The notes below the pieces were generated by a model. That model saw only the letters and a program-made list of their open reading frames with translations. It searched no databases and was not told the DNA's origin. From the sequence record PV891803.1: a stretch of DNA of 24,000 nucleotides. The stretch is one strand, 5' to 3'. Positions 17,407-23,798 of this stretch are shown here, piece after piece. The DNA comes from Klebsiella phage vB_KpnS-Fama. Every line of letters begins with the position of its first letter. The first letter of the stretch is position 1. The position numbers were made by a program, and so were the translations under genes.

Positions 17407-17605
17407 ATTTCACCACCGTAAATTTAGTGTTTTTGCAAGCGCCTTCGATATCGCTAATTAGGCGATTCACTCTGATATTAATCATCGTTTTGTGGTGCAT
17501 TACGTCAACAATGCCGACAACCGTTAACACCATGATTGAAAAGATAAGAGCACCAAGACCATGCATAGAAAGTAGTGCAGCCATCACTGCGATCGTGAAT
17601 TTCAT
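17396..17605 (-). CDS. Small membrane protein, 69 aa
   Basis: Hydrophobic MKFTIAVMAALLSMHGLGALIFSIMVLTVVGIVDV; 33 nt downstream of a module -10. Confidence 0.75.
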   Translation of the reverse strand: MKFTIAVMAALLSMHGLGALIFSIMVLTVVGIVDVMHHKTMINIRVNRLISDIEGACKNTKFTVVKYDI

Positions 17606-17637
17606 TCCGGTTTTCTCCGTTGCATTTCGATGTAGTA

Positions 17638-17680
17638 ACTATACCCGCAATTAAGCGGGTATTTTTAACAAAAAATGCTA
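17638..17680 (-). promoter_or_regulatory. Module copy 7: box + hairpin + -10
   Basis: Minus strand TAGCATTTTTTGTTAAAAATACCCGCttaattGCGGGTATAGTTAC; TTGTTA-N22-TATAGT. Confidence 0.75.
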
Positions 17681-18370
17681 TTCTCGATAATTCGCCTGGA
17701 ACACGGCGCGGGCAAAACCTCGCGGGGTAATCGAGCGCAGCATTTTAGTCCTTTCTGACCTTCCGCCCAAAAACTTCCAGGCCCAAAAGAAATTCACGCC
17801 TTCTACCCCATCCGGAGGCGGGAGCCGTTTCGGTTCGACAAAACCGTTTCCGTGCCATATGCACGTTTTCTTCGTGTAATTGTCACAGTGGGGCATTTTT
17901 GGATGCCACACAGGTTCGTTCGGAGAAACATAGCCGCCGAAGTCGCGCGGGTGAAAATAGAAGTCAGGCTTGCGCCATAGTGACGACAATTTTCCGACCG
18001 GGTTTTCGACCATCCAGGGGCAACCATACTTATTGCCTAATTGCTCGACCATCTTCGCATCATCTGCGGCTGATAGAACGTCATTATCTTGCCTTACGTG
18101 CTTGATTCCGCTATGCGCTAACAGCGTGCATGACGGGAAAGCGAAAATGAAGTCAGGATCGGGAATGCCGAGAATCGATCGCTTCACGTCAAAATCCTTG
18201 TCGATCCAAATGTTAACATACTGGATATTGGGGTGAACCATTCGAATGCTGTATTCTCCGTGGTCGCCGGAGTCGGCATTGAAGCAATACACCTTGCATC
18301 CCTTGATGGCCCACGGCAGGCCCATGATGCCTGAGCCGTCGAACATGCAGTAAATAACCTTTTCTTTCAT
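17678..18370 (-). CDS. C5-cytosine methyltransferase-like protein
   Basis: MFDGSGIMGLPWAIKG (FxGxG-like), FAFPSCTLLAHSG (PC-loop-like), ENPVG (ENV-like). The track's GTG start at 18379 is an alternative. Confidence 0.55.
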   Translation of the reverse strand: MKEKVIYCMFDGSGIMGLPWAIKGCKVYCFNADSGDHGEYSIRMVHPNIQYVNIWIDKDFDVKRSILGIPDPDFIFAFPSCTLLAHSGIKHVRQDNDVLSAADDAKMVEQLGNKYGCPWMVENPVGKLSSLWRKPDFYFHPRDFGGYVSPNEPVWHPKMPHCDNYTKKTCIWHGNGFVEPKRLPPPDGVEGVNFFWAWKFLGGRSERTKMLRSITPRGFARAVFQANYRE

Positions 18371-18594
18371 GCTTTCCACGCCTCAATGAACATTCTGTTC
18401 GATTCCAGCGTCAGCGTGACGCCAGCCAGGGAGGACTGAACGAGGCGACCGCCCGGAACCGTCCCGATGATGTAGCGGCCTTTCGACTTCGTGATCGTGA
18501 TCTGAGTGAAGCCGGAGGCGCGGTTCATGCGGAGAACGACGCGGCCATGCGCGTTCAGGACGGCGAGAATGGAATCAGTCTTCGGATGGTTCAT
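18367..18594 (-). CDS. Hypothetical protein, 75 aa
   Basis: ATG at 18594 with AAGGAG upstream and 33 nt from the module -10; the track's longer start at 18660 runs through the promoter module. Confidence 0.7.
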   Translation of the reverse strand: MNHPKTDSILAVLNAHGRVVLRMNRASGFTQITITKSKGRYIIGTVPGGRLVQSSLAGVTLTLESNRMFIEAWKA

Positions 18595-18626
18595 TGTGTA
18601 GCTCCTTCGCTTGTTGGTGTGGGGAT

Positions 18627-18669
18627 AGTATGCCACTATCCCGCCATGTTGTTTTAGCAAAACGTGCTA
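18627..18669 (-). promoter_or_regulatory. Module copy 8: box + -10-like + hairpin
   Basis: Minus strand TAGCACGTTTTGCTAAAAC...; TTGCTA-N22-CATACT; perfect inverted repeat GGGATAGT-ggcat-ACTATCCC over the -10. Confidence 0.6.
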
Positions 18670-19044
18670 TGCCGGAACGCAGGTCGCGTAATCCTGGCTG
18701 ATGTAGATCGTGCGCTGAACGCGAGGTTCATGATCGCCGAGTTCCTGGATGGTAACATCGTTGCTTCCTACCCGGCACGGAACCGATCCGAAGATAAACT
18801 CGCCAGTCTGCTTGTCGTTGATTTGCCATACATTACCGCCTTCCTTTTTGACAACCAGGAAAGGAGCACTGTCTGCGCTGAACTCTTCCGGGCAACGACC
18901 GTAGTAATGCGTGATCGCGGCTTTAGCCGCAGCGCTGAAGGCATCGGTAACGTCATTGGTCGCCTTGTCGCGGATGGCCTTGATACGCTCTTCAGGCGAT
19001 CCGATGATGTAGGAAAAGCTGTTCGAAATGGTAACTGTTCGCAT
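18667..19044 (-). CDS. Hypothetical protein, 125 aa
   Basis: Intact ORF; its stop TAG is the start of the box. Confidence 0.72.
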   Translation of the reverse strand: MRTVTISNSFSYIIGSPEERIKAIRDKATNDVTDAFSAAAKAAITHYYGRCPEEFSADSAPFLVVKKEGGNVWQINDKQTGEFIFGSVPCRVGSNDVTIQELGDHEPRVQRTIYISQDYATCVPA

Positions 19045-19283
19045 TATATTTTAACCTCGTTTTGGTGGATGAAGTCGGCGACGTAATGGCATTCGATCGG
19101 ATTCTCGATACCCGCCAGCACCTCGCAGCGACCGTTATTCAGTAGCTGGCAATGCTGGCACTCCGCACCGCCAACACTGGCAATGACAATGGCGATCCCG
19201 TTGCATGAACCGCCGAACATTCTGTGCGGGAAGGGGTAAGCATCGCAGGTGCAAACCACCTCCCCGGCTCGCCGTTTCCTCAT
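19044..19283 (-). CDS. Cys-rich small protein, possible zinc binder
   Basis: ATG at 19283 in an ATGA overlap; MRKRRAGEVVCTCDAYPF...GGAECQHCQLLNNGRCEVLAGIENPIECH. Confidence 0.65.
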   Translation of the reverse strand: MRKRRAGEVVCTCDAYPFPHRMFGGSCNGIAIVIASVGGAECQHCQLLNNGRCEVLAGIENPIECHYVADFIHQNEVKI

Positions 19284-19474
19284 ACCTGGCCCTTCTCGAT
19301 GCAGAAAACCCAATCACGAGCGTCAACCGCAAAGCGTGCAACGCCGTCGAGTACCACGAAGACAGTAAATCCGTTGACGCCGCGCCCCTTCTCGATATCG
19401 GTTACGGTACGGAACAGATCGCTTGCGCCATATTGAATTTTATCCCCGACGACTACATCCGCAAATGCTTTCAT
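19280..19474 (-). CDS. Hypothetical protein, 64 aa
   Basis: ATG with CAGGAG, 32 nt from the module -10. Confidence 0.72.
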   Translation of the reverse strand: MKAFADVVVGDKIQYGASDLFRTVTDIEKGRGVNGFTVFVVLDGVARFAVDARDWVFCIEKGQV

Positions 19475-19505
19475 GGTTAATCTCCTGACTGGTTTCGATG
19501 GGTTA

Positions 19506-19549
19506 ACTATACCAGGCCTCGCGGCCCGGAGTTTAGCAATTCGTGCTTA
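19506..19549 (-). promoter_or_regulatory. Module copy 9: box + hairpin + -10
   Basis: Minus strand TAAGCACGAATTGCTAAACT-CCGGGCCgcgaGGCCTGG-TATAGT; TTGCTA-N22-TATAGT. Confidence 0.72.
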
Positions 19550-19828
19550 TTTCACTGCTTTCTTCGCTGCCTTGTACGCCTCTTTGAAGGCCGGAACATC
19601 TTCGACCGGAATCCAGAAGCCGGAGCCATACCCATCATCATAGCAAGGGCATTGGTCGCAGTAGTCGCCCCAGGTTTTCTCTTCCCCGCCGACAGAGAAG
19701 CCAGTGGCCATTTCGCATAACGCTTCCTCAACCGCTTCGATCTTGTCGGCGTCGCTATCCATGATAACGAAGTTCCACTTGCCGTTATACTCGCTGCCCA
19801 GGTTGATTGATTCGCGTTGAAGTTTCAT
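19547..19828 (-). CDS. Hypothetical acidic protein, 93 aa
   Basis: Intact ORF; stop TAA inside the box. Confidence 0.75.
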   Translation of the reverse strand: MKLQRESINLGSEYNGKWNFVIMDSDADKIEAVEEALCEMATGFSVGGEEKTWGDYCDQCPCYDDGYGSGFWIPVEDVPAFKEAYKAAKKAVK

Positions 19829-19867
19829 AGTTTTAGCCCCTTTGGCTCAATTCGTTTCGTTGAAGTC

Positions 19868-19910
19868 ATCATAGCAAAGTCGATCGGGTGGGTTTTAACA
19901 AAAAATGCTA
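19868..19910 (-). promoter_or_regulatory. Module copy 10: box + -10
   Basis: Minus strand TAGCATTTTTTGTTAAAACCC...; TTGTTA-N22-TATGAT; 40 nt to the ATG at 19828. Confidence 0.7.
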
Positions 19911-20172
19911 TTCCTGCGATTGCTGATTATTCCACCGATTCGGAATAGTGGAATAGATGGTGATTGCACCTGATTCCCTGGTGATTAGTTTTGACGAATC
20001 ATGATTACTTTTGATTGTTTCATTCTGTGCAATGACTTGGTGGAGTGTTTCATGATGTGCAACGAATTGCATAAATGTATGCACCATGCACACAATTTGC
20101 CGATCGAAGCTGGCAGAGCTGGAGTTGTGTTTCACCAACACTTGCGGCGTGTGGGAGTGTGGGGGAGGAATA

Positions 20173-20397
20173 ATCTTACCTAAAAATTGCGCAAAAAGTG
20201 ACCAATATAAGCCCATAATAGATATATAAGTATATGATAAATAACAATATTATTATTATTACTCTTTATCTTTATATATGTTTGGTAAGATTTCTCCGGG
20301 TAGGTTATGGATTCCCCTTGCGCCAGCCATAAATTTTAGATGTTCCGCCGCGAAAAAATGTATATAGGGATATATAGGGGATGACAGCAAATCTTAC
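20173..20397. other. AT-rich repeat region B, inverted partial copy of region A
   Basis: The reverse complement contains CCCGGAGAAATCTTACCAA (19 nt identical to region A), TTATTTATCATATACTTA (18 nt identical), a (TAA)n/(ATT)n core and flanking ATCTTAC/GTAAGAT at 20173, 20285 and 20391. Confidence 0.65.
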
Positions 20398-20415
20398 CAA
20401 ACACGCCGAAACCCT

Positions 20416-20444
20416 TTGACGGCAAGGCCTGCGGCCTGTATTAT
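20416..20444 (+). promoter_or_regulatory. Strong sigma70-type rightward promoter
   Basis: TTGACG-N17-TATTAT with extended -10 TG immediately upstream; spacer contains AGGCC-tgc-GGCCT. Confidence 0.7.
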
Positions 20445-20491
20445 CACCTTCCGAAACATTACCAAACGCCGTAAGTGTGGGGGAAACACAA

Positions 20492-21025
20492 ATGCAATAT
20501 AAAGGCTATGAGTTCGAAGAAGTCGACGTGTCCGAGTGGGTGCGGTACGACGCAGAAAAGCAAGCCGCTTACCATGAATGGCTGCAATCCATCACGTTTG
20601 GCGACGCCACCAGGCAAGCCGGGCGGAGCCAGGAAGCCTCGAAGCTTGAAGGCACATTCACTGGCAATCGTTCGTCCGAGATCCGGCGCATGTTCCTGGA
20701 TGGCGGGCGGCGTATCCAGATGACGGCGGAGGAGTTCGTGGAGAAGTTCGGCGTTAATCCGGTCGACAACCATTTCCGCAGGCCGTTGCTGAAACTTCTG
20801 GAGCCGGGCGAAGTGTTGCGAGTGAGCCTTGGAGCGGGGTTAATCTCCGTCTTTACCGAGTTCGACGCAATGACTGGCTCACACCTGGAAGCTGAGGCAT
20901 ACAGGCGGCAGGGCGCTATCTCTGAGCGGGAAAGAATACTTGCCATCATTGACGAAGTAATGCCTGAAGGCATCATGCTAAAAGGCTATAAGCTGGCACT
21001 AATCGCCAAAATCACAGGAGAATAA
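20492..21025 (+). CDS. Hypothetical early protein
   Basis: MQYKGYEFEEVDVSEWVRYDAEKQAAYHEW...; ATG at 20492 (the track's GTG is at 20477). Confidence 0.72.
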   Translation: MQYKGYEFEEVDVSEWVRYDAEKQAAYHEWLQSITFGDATRQAGRSQEASKLEGTFTGNRSSEIRRMFLDGGRRIQMTAEEFVEKFGVNPVDNHFRRPLLKLLEPGEVLRVSLGAGLISVFTEFDAMTGSHLEAEAYRRQGAISERERILAIIDEVMPEGIMLKGYKLALIAKITGE

Positions 21026-21027
21026 CC

Positions 21028-21333
21028 ATGAAATTACATCCAGACCAAAACGACCCGGCGGCACCAATGCGCCTGGGAAACACGCCAGTTGATGAGCAGG
21101 AGGTTATCGCAGCCATTGCCACTGCATCGGACGACGAAAACCCAACCGCCCTGGAATGCGTGTCAGCCGACCTGCTGTTAATGTCATTTCTTCCGGATTC
21201 TCAATCCTACATTCAGCACATCACCGAGACGGGCGAAGCGGTGACGAAGCCGGAATTCATTGGCGCGTCGAACGTCCTGACCATGATGGCCGATGAGTCG
21301 GATAACATCATTAGCCTCGACTATCCGCAATAG
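21028..21333 (+). CDS. Hypothetical protein, 101 aa
   Basis: Intact ORF; its TAG stop is the start of the next box. Confidence 0.72.
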   Translation: MKLHPDQNDPAAPMRLGNTPVDEQEVIAAIATASDDENPTALECVSADLLLMSFLPDSQSYIQHITETGEAVTKPEFIGASNVLTMMADESDNIISLDYPQ

Positions 21334-21373
21334 CACTTTTTGTTAAAACCCGGTCAGGGAGATCGGGTATTAT
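21331..21373 (+). promoter_or_regulatory. Module copy 11: box + hairpin + -10
   Basis: TAGCACTTTTTGTTAAAA-CCCGGTcagggagATCGGG-TATTAT; TTGTTA-N22-TATTAT. Confidence 0.75.
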
Positions 21374-21405
21374 CTCTTCATCGACAACGAACCGAGGAAA
21401 GCGAA

Positions 21406-21558
21406 ATGATTACTCTGATCACCTGGGAACACGAAAACAGCAAGCCAGAAGTGCGCGAATTCGAGACCGTAGCGGCGTGCTACAACCTGGCGGCAAACGG
21501 TGGCTTTTACAAGGCGCAGATCGTTAACGAGTTCGGGGTGGTCGATTATGAATTTTAA
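21406..21558 (+). CDS. Hypothetical protein, 50 aa
   Basis: MITLITWEHENSKPEVREF...; GAGGAAAG Shine-Dalgarno; 33 nt from the -10. The track's start at 21340 lies in the module. Confidence 0.7.
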   Translation: MITLITWEHENSKPEVREFETVAACYNLAANGGFYKAQIVNEFGVVDYEF

Positions 21559-21769
21559 GGCGAGCGATGTAAAACCTGGCGCGGTATACGGATCGCGCCT
21601 CAACAACCGCCTTTGGCGCTGGGATGGCGAAACTATGTGGACTAAAGGCGAGGGCGATGTTATCTGGCATGAGTGCGGCTGGCCCCACCCCACAATGAGC
21701 CGCCTTGATATCGCTTATTATCTTTCGGTTGGCGACATGCACGAGGTGGGAGATAGCACTTTTTGTTAA
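21548..21769 (+). CDS. Hypothetical protein, 73 aa
   Basis: MNFKASDVKPGAVYGSRLNNRLWRWDGETMW...; overlaps the preceding stop, ends inside the next box. Confidence 0.68.
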   Translation: MNFKASDVKPGAVYGSRLNNRLWRWDGETMWTKGEGDVIWHECGWPHPTMSRLDIAYYLSVGDMHEVGDSTFC

Positions 21770-21796
21770 AACACGATCGGGGTGGCTTGCTATAGT
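21754..21796 (+). promoter_or_regulatory. Module copy 12: box + -10
   Basis: TAGCACTTTTTGTTAAAACACG...; TTGTTA-N22-TATAGT; 32 nt to the ATG at 21828. Confidence 0.72.
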
Positions 21797-21827
21797 TACC
21801 CCATCGAAACGAAACGGAGTTACAGCA

Positions 21828-22040
21828 ATGAAAATCAAAATCACCAAAATAGACACTCTTAACGGCGACGGCTCAATTACCCTGGAAGAATGCGGCCTCA
21901 AAATCGGCGAAGTTCTTGAGGTCGACGGCCACTTCAATGACGGCTCATACTGCGTAATTGCCCCGCGCAATAGCGAATTTATCCAGGCTGGTGACAATAT
22001 CAGCGTGAGCAAAGACGAATGCGAGGTTGTAGAAGAATGA
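21828..22040 (+). CDS. Hypothetical protein, 70 aa
   Basis: MKIKITKIDTLNGDGSITLEECGLKIG...; ACGGAG upstream. Confidence 0.75.
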   Translation: MKIKITKIDTLNGDGSITLEECGLKIGEVLEVDGHFNDGSYCVIAPRNSEFIQAGDNISVSKDECEVVEE

Positions 22041-22612
22041 GCAACAAGATTTGGGTACTGACCTACACCATTGGAACCAACGAGGGGCGCAAATCGCGCC
22101 GCCTCATCTGCGACACCAAAGAGCAGGCGATTATGCAGCAAACCGTGCTTGGTGGCGAACTTGTCGAGTATCTCCGCAAGCCTGAAGCGTTCAAGGTGAA
22201 CTGGCCGGAAGGAATGGATATCAACGGCGCTTTAGCGAGCCTGCGTGAATTGCAGAACAACCCGAAGACGTGGAGCGACTTTCAATGCCTGCGGGCGGAG
22301 CCGGAAGTGAAGGCCGACCCGTTCACCAATATTCGGGCGCAGCACGCGGAATGGTCGGATCGCCAGTTCGGTAACGTTGGGCCAGTCGGGTCGCTCAAAC
22401 ACCTGGCGAAAGAGGCGATCGAGGCCGCCGAAGCGCCGGATGACATTAGCGAGTTCGCCGATATCCTCATGTTGGTATGGGATGCAACGCGCCGCGCCGG
22501 ATTCAGCGATGAGCAGTTGGCCGAAGCGGTGGCGGAAAAGCTGGAGCGGAACAAGCGCCGGGCGTGGGGCGAGGTCAAAGATGGCGAACCTTGCCACCAC
22601 GTAAAAAATTAA
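22037..22612 (+). CDS. DUF550-like / MazG-like nucleotide pyrophosphohydrolase domain protein
   Basis: GSLKHLAKEAIEAAEAPDDISEFADILMLVWDATRRAGFSDEQLAEAVAEKLERNKRRAWG; E-rich helical motif typical of dNTP pyrophosphohydrolases; ATGA overlap. Confidence 0.75.
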   Translation: MSNKIWVLTYTIGTNEGRKSRRLICDTKEQAIMQQTVLGGELVEYLRKPEAFKVNWPEGMDINGALASLRELQNNPKTWSDFQCLRAEPEVKADPFTNIRAQHAEWSDRQFGNVGPVGSLKHLAKEAIEAAEAPDDISEFADILMLVWDATRRAGFSDEQLAEAVAEKLERNKRRAWGEVKDGEPCHHVKN

Positions 22613-22681
22613 CGAAATCGAATACCGTTTAAAGCGCCTATAAGCCATTCTGGCGGGCGCAAATTTAAGGAGTGCGATTGT

Positions 22682-22918
22682 ATGCCTGAATACTCAAAAG
22701 TCGAAGATATGCCGATTGGCGCAACCATTACGGGAATTTGCATGAGCGAGTCGGTCGACGCCATCAAGCCACTGGCGTTCCCGGTTACGCAGGTGGAGAC
22801 GGACAGCAGAAAAGGGTTCATCTTCATCTACAAAAATTTCAATAGTCCGCTACGTGTTGAAGTGTTCATTGCTCGCGGAACATGGGTAGAATGGGAGAAG
22901 GCCAAATGTTCGGACTGA
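22682..22918 (+). CDS. Hypothetical protein, 78 aa
   Basis: ORF with AAGGAG Shine-Dalgarno. Confidence 0.72.
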   Translation: MPEYSKVEDMPIGATITGICMSESVDAIKPLAFPVTQVETDSRKGFIFIYKNFNSPLRVEVFIARGTWVEWEKAKCSD

Positions 22919-23139
22919 ATGAAGCGCAGTACAACGCCGTGAAGCGCATAGCAAAGCAGATGGCCGCAGAAACAAAAGACGCCATCAAGAAGGACAAGAA
23001 GACCTACGATCAGGTCGCCGCGAAGATGATCGATAAACATTGGGCGCAAATCAACACGCTGGTTACTCGCGGCCAGTTTATCTGGATAGCTGGCTACCTG
23101 GAAGGCCGATTCGGTCGCAGGGATGGCGAGTATGAATAA
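22906..23139 (+). CDS. Hypothetical protein, 77 aa
   Basis: MFGLNEAQYNAVKRIAKQMAAETKDAIKK...; ATG at 22906 with GGGAGAAGG. Confidence 0.7.
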   Translation: MFGLNEAQYNAVKRIAKQMAAETKDAIKKDKKTYDQVAAKMIDKHWAQINTLVTRGQFIWIAGYLEGRFGRRDGEYE

Positions 23140-23267
23140 AAAACAGCCAAACGATTCAGCGACCTATTGACGCAATCGCGCTGACCGGGTAACGTGAACC
23201 ACGTAGACACAAGAGGCGGTAAACATCCGCAAGTCTCGCCCCGCTTAGGGGCATTTACAAAGGGGTT

Positions 23268-23462
23268 ATGATGCAGTACAAAATCATACTCACGGCAAGA
23301 AAAATGGGCGGCTTTTGCAAGTCCTGCATTCAAGAGTTCAGCATGACGATTGAGGCGAACGACGCCGCCGACGCGGTGGAGAAAGCAAAAAAGCAATCCG
23401 GCGTCAATCTGGATACGCATAAAATCAACATCAACTACATAAGGGAAGTAAATCAATGTTAA
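23268..23462 (+). CDS. Hypothetical protein, 64 aa
   Basis: ORF following GGGG; overlaps the next gene's start. Confidence 0.65.
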   Translation: MMQYKIILTARKMGGFCKSCIQEFSMTIEANDAADAVEKAKKQSGVNLDTHKININYIREVNQC

Positions 23463-23719
23463 CTCTGTTTATTGCACTGTTAATGCTGTTCATAGGCTAT
23501 CACGTTGGCGCGGCTCATCTTGTCGAGCGCCTTTCAAAGCGGGTACATGAAGGCACTTTTGCTGCCATGTTCTACAACAAGAAAACAGCACGTTGGGAAA
23601 AAGTTGGCGACCCGGAAGGTGTCGCAAAACGAATAGCCTTTTCGCCGCTTCCGTATGTTGACTGCGAGCCTTTCGTGAAACTCCAGAAGACGCTGAATCG
23701 GCGAAACAAACTGATATGA
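23456..23719 (+). CDS. Hypothetical protein with N-terminal TM, 87 aa
   Basis: MLTLFIALLMLFIGYHVGAAHLVERL... Confidence 0.68.
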   Translation: MLTLFIALLMLFIGYHVGAAHLVERLSKRVHEGTFAAMFYNKKTARWEKVGDPEGVAKRIAFSPLPYVDCEPFVKLQKTLNRRNKLI

Positions 23720-23721
23720 CA

Positions 23722-23748
23722 AAAGAACCCGCTTCGGCGGGTTTTTTT
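23722..23748 (+). terminator. Intrinsic terminator before the terminase gene
   Basis: ACCCGC-ttcg-GCGGGT followed by T6. Confidence 0.9.
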
Positions 23749-23798
23749 ATGCCCGCGATCTGATATACTCGCAAATCAACACAGAAGGAGGGTGCAAA

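Noticed and set aside
3219-21828. Reading the repeated elements as a CRISPR array or REP elements
   Set aside because: Copies are dispersed and strand-matched to downstream genes, with fixed distance to ATG and no regular spacers.
21524-22141. 205-aa minus-strand ORF across several small rightward genes
   Set aside because: It crosses a module promoter and several tightly coupled genes that each have a ribosome-binding site; a shadow ORF.
22611-22644. A possible extra module copy before the gene at 22682
   Set aside because: TATAAG and a stop in TTAA are present, but the spacing is about 5 nt off and the box is not recognisable.
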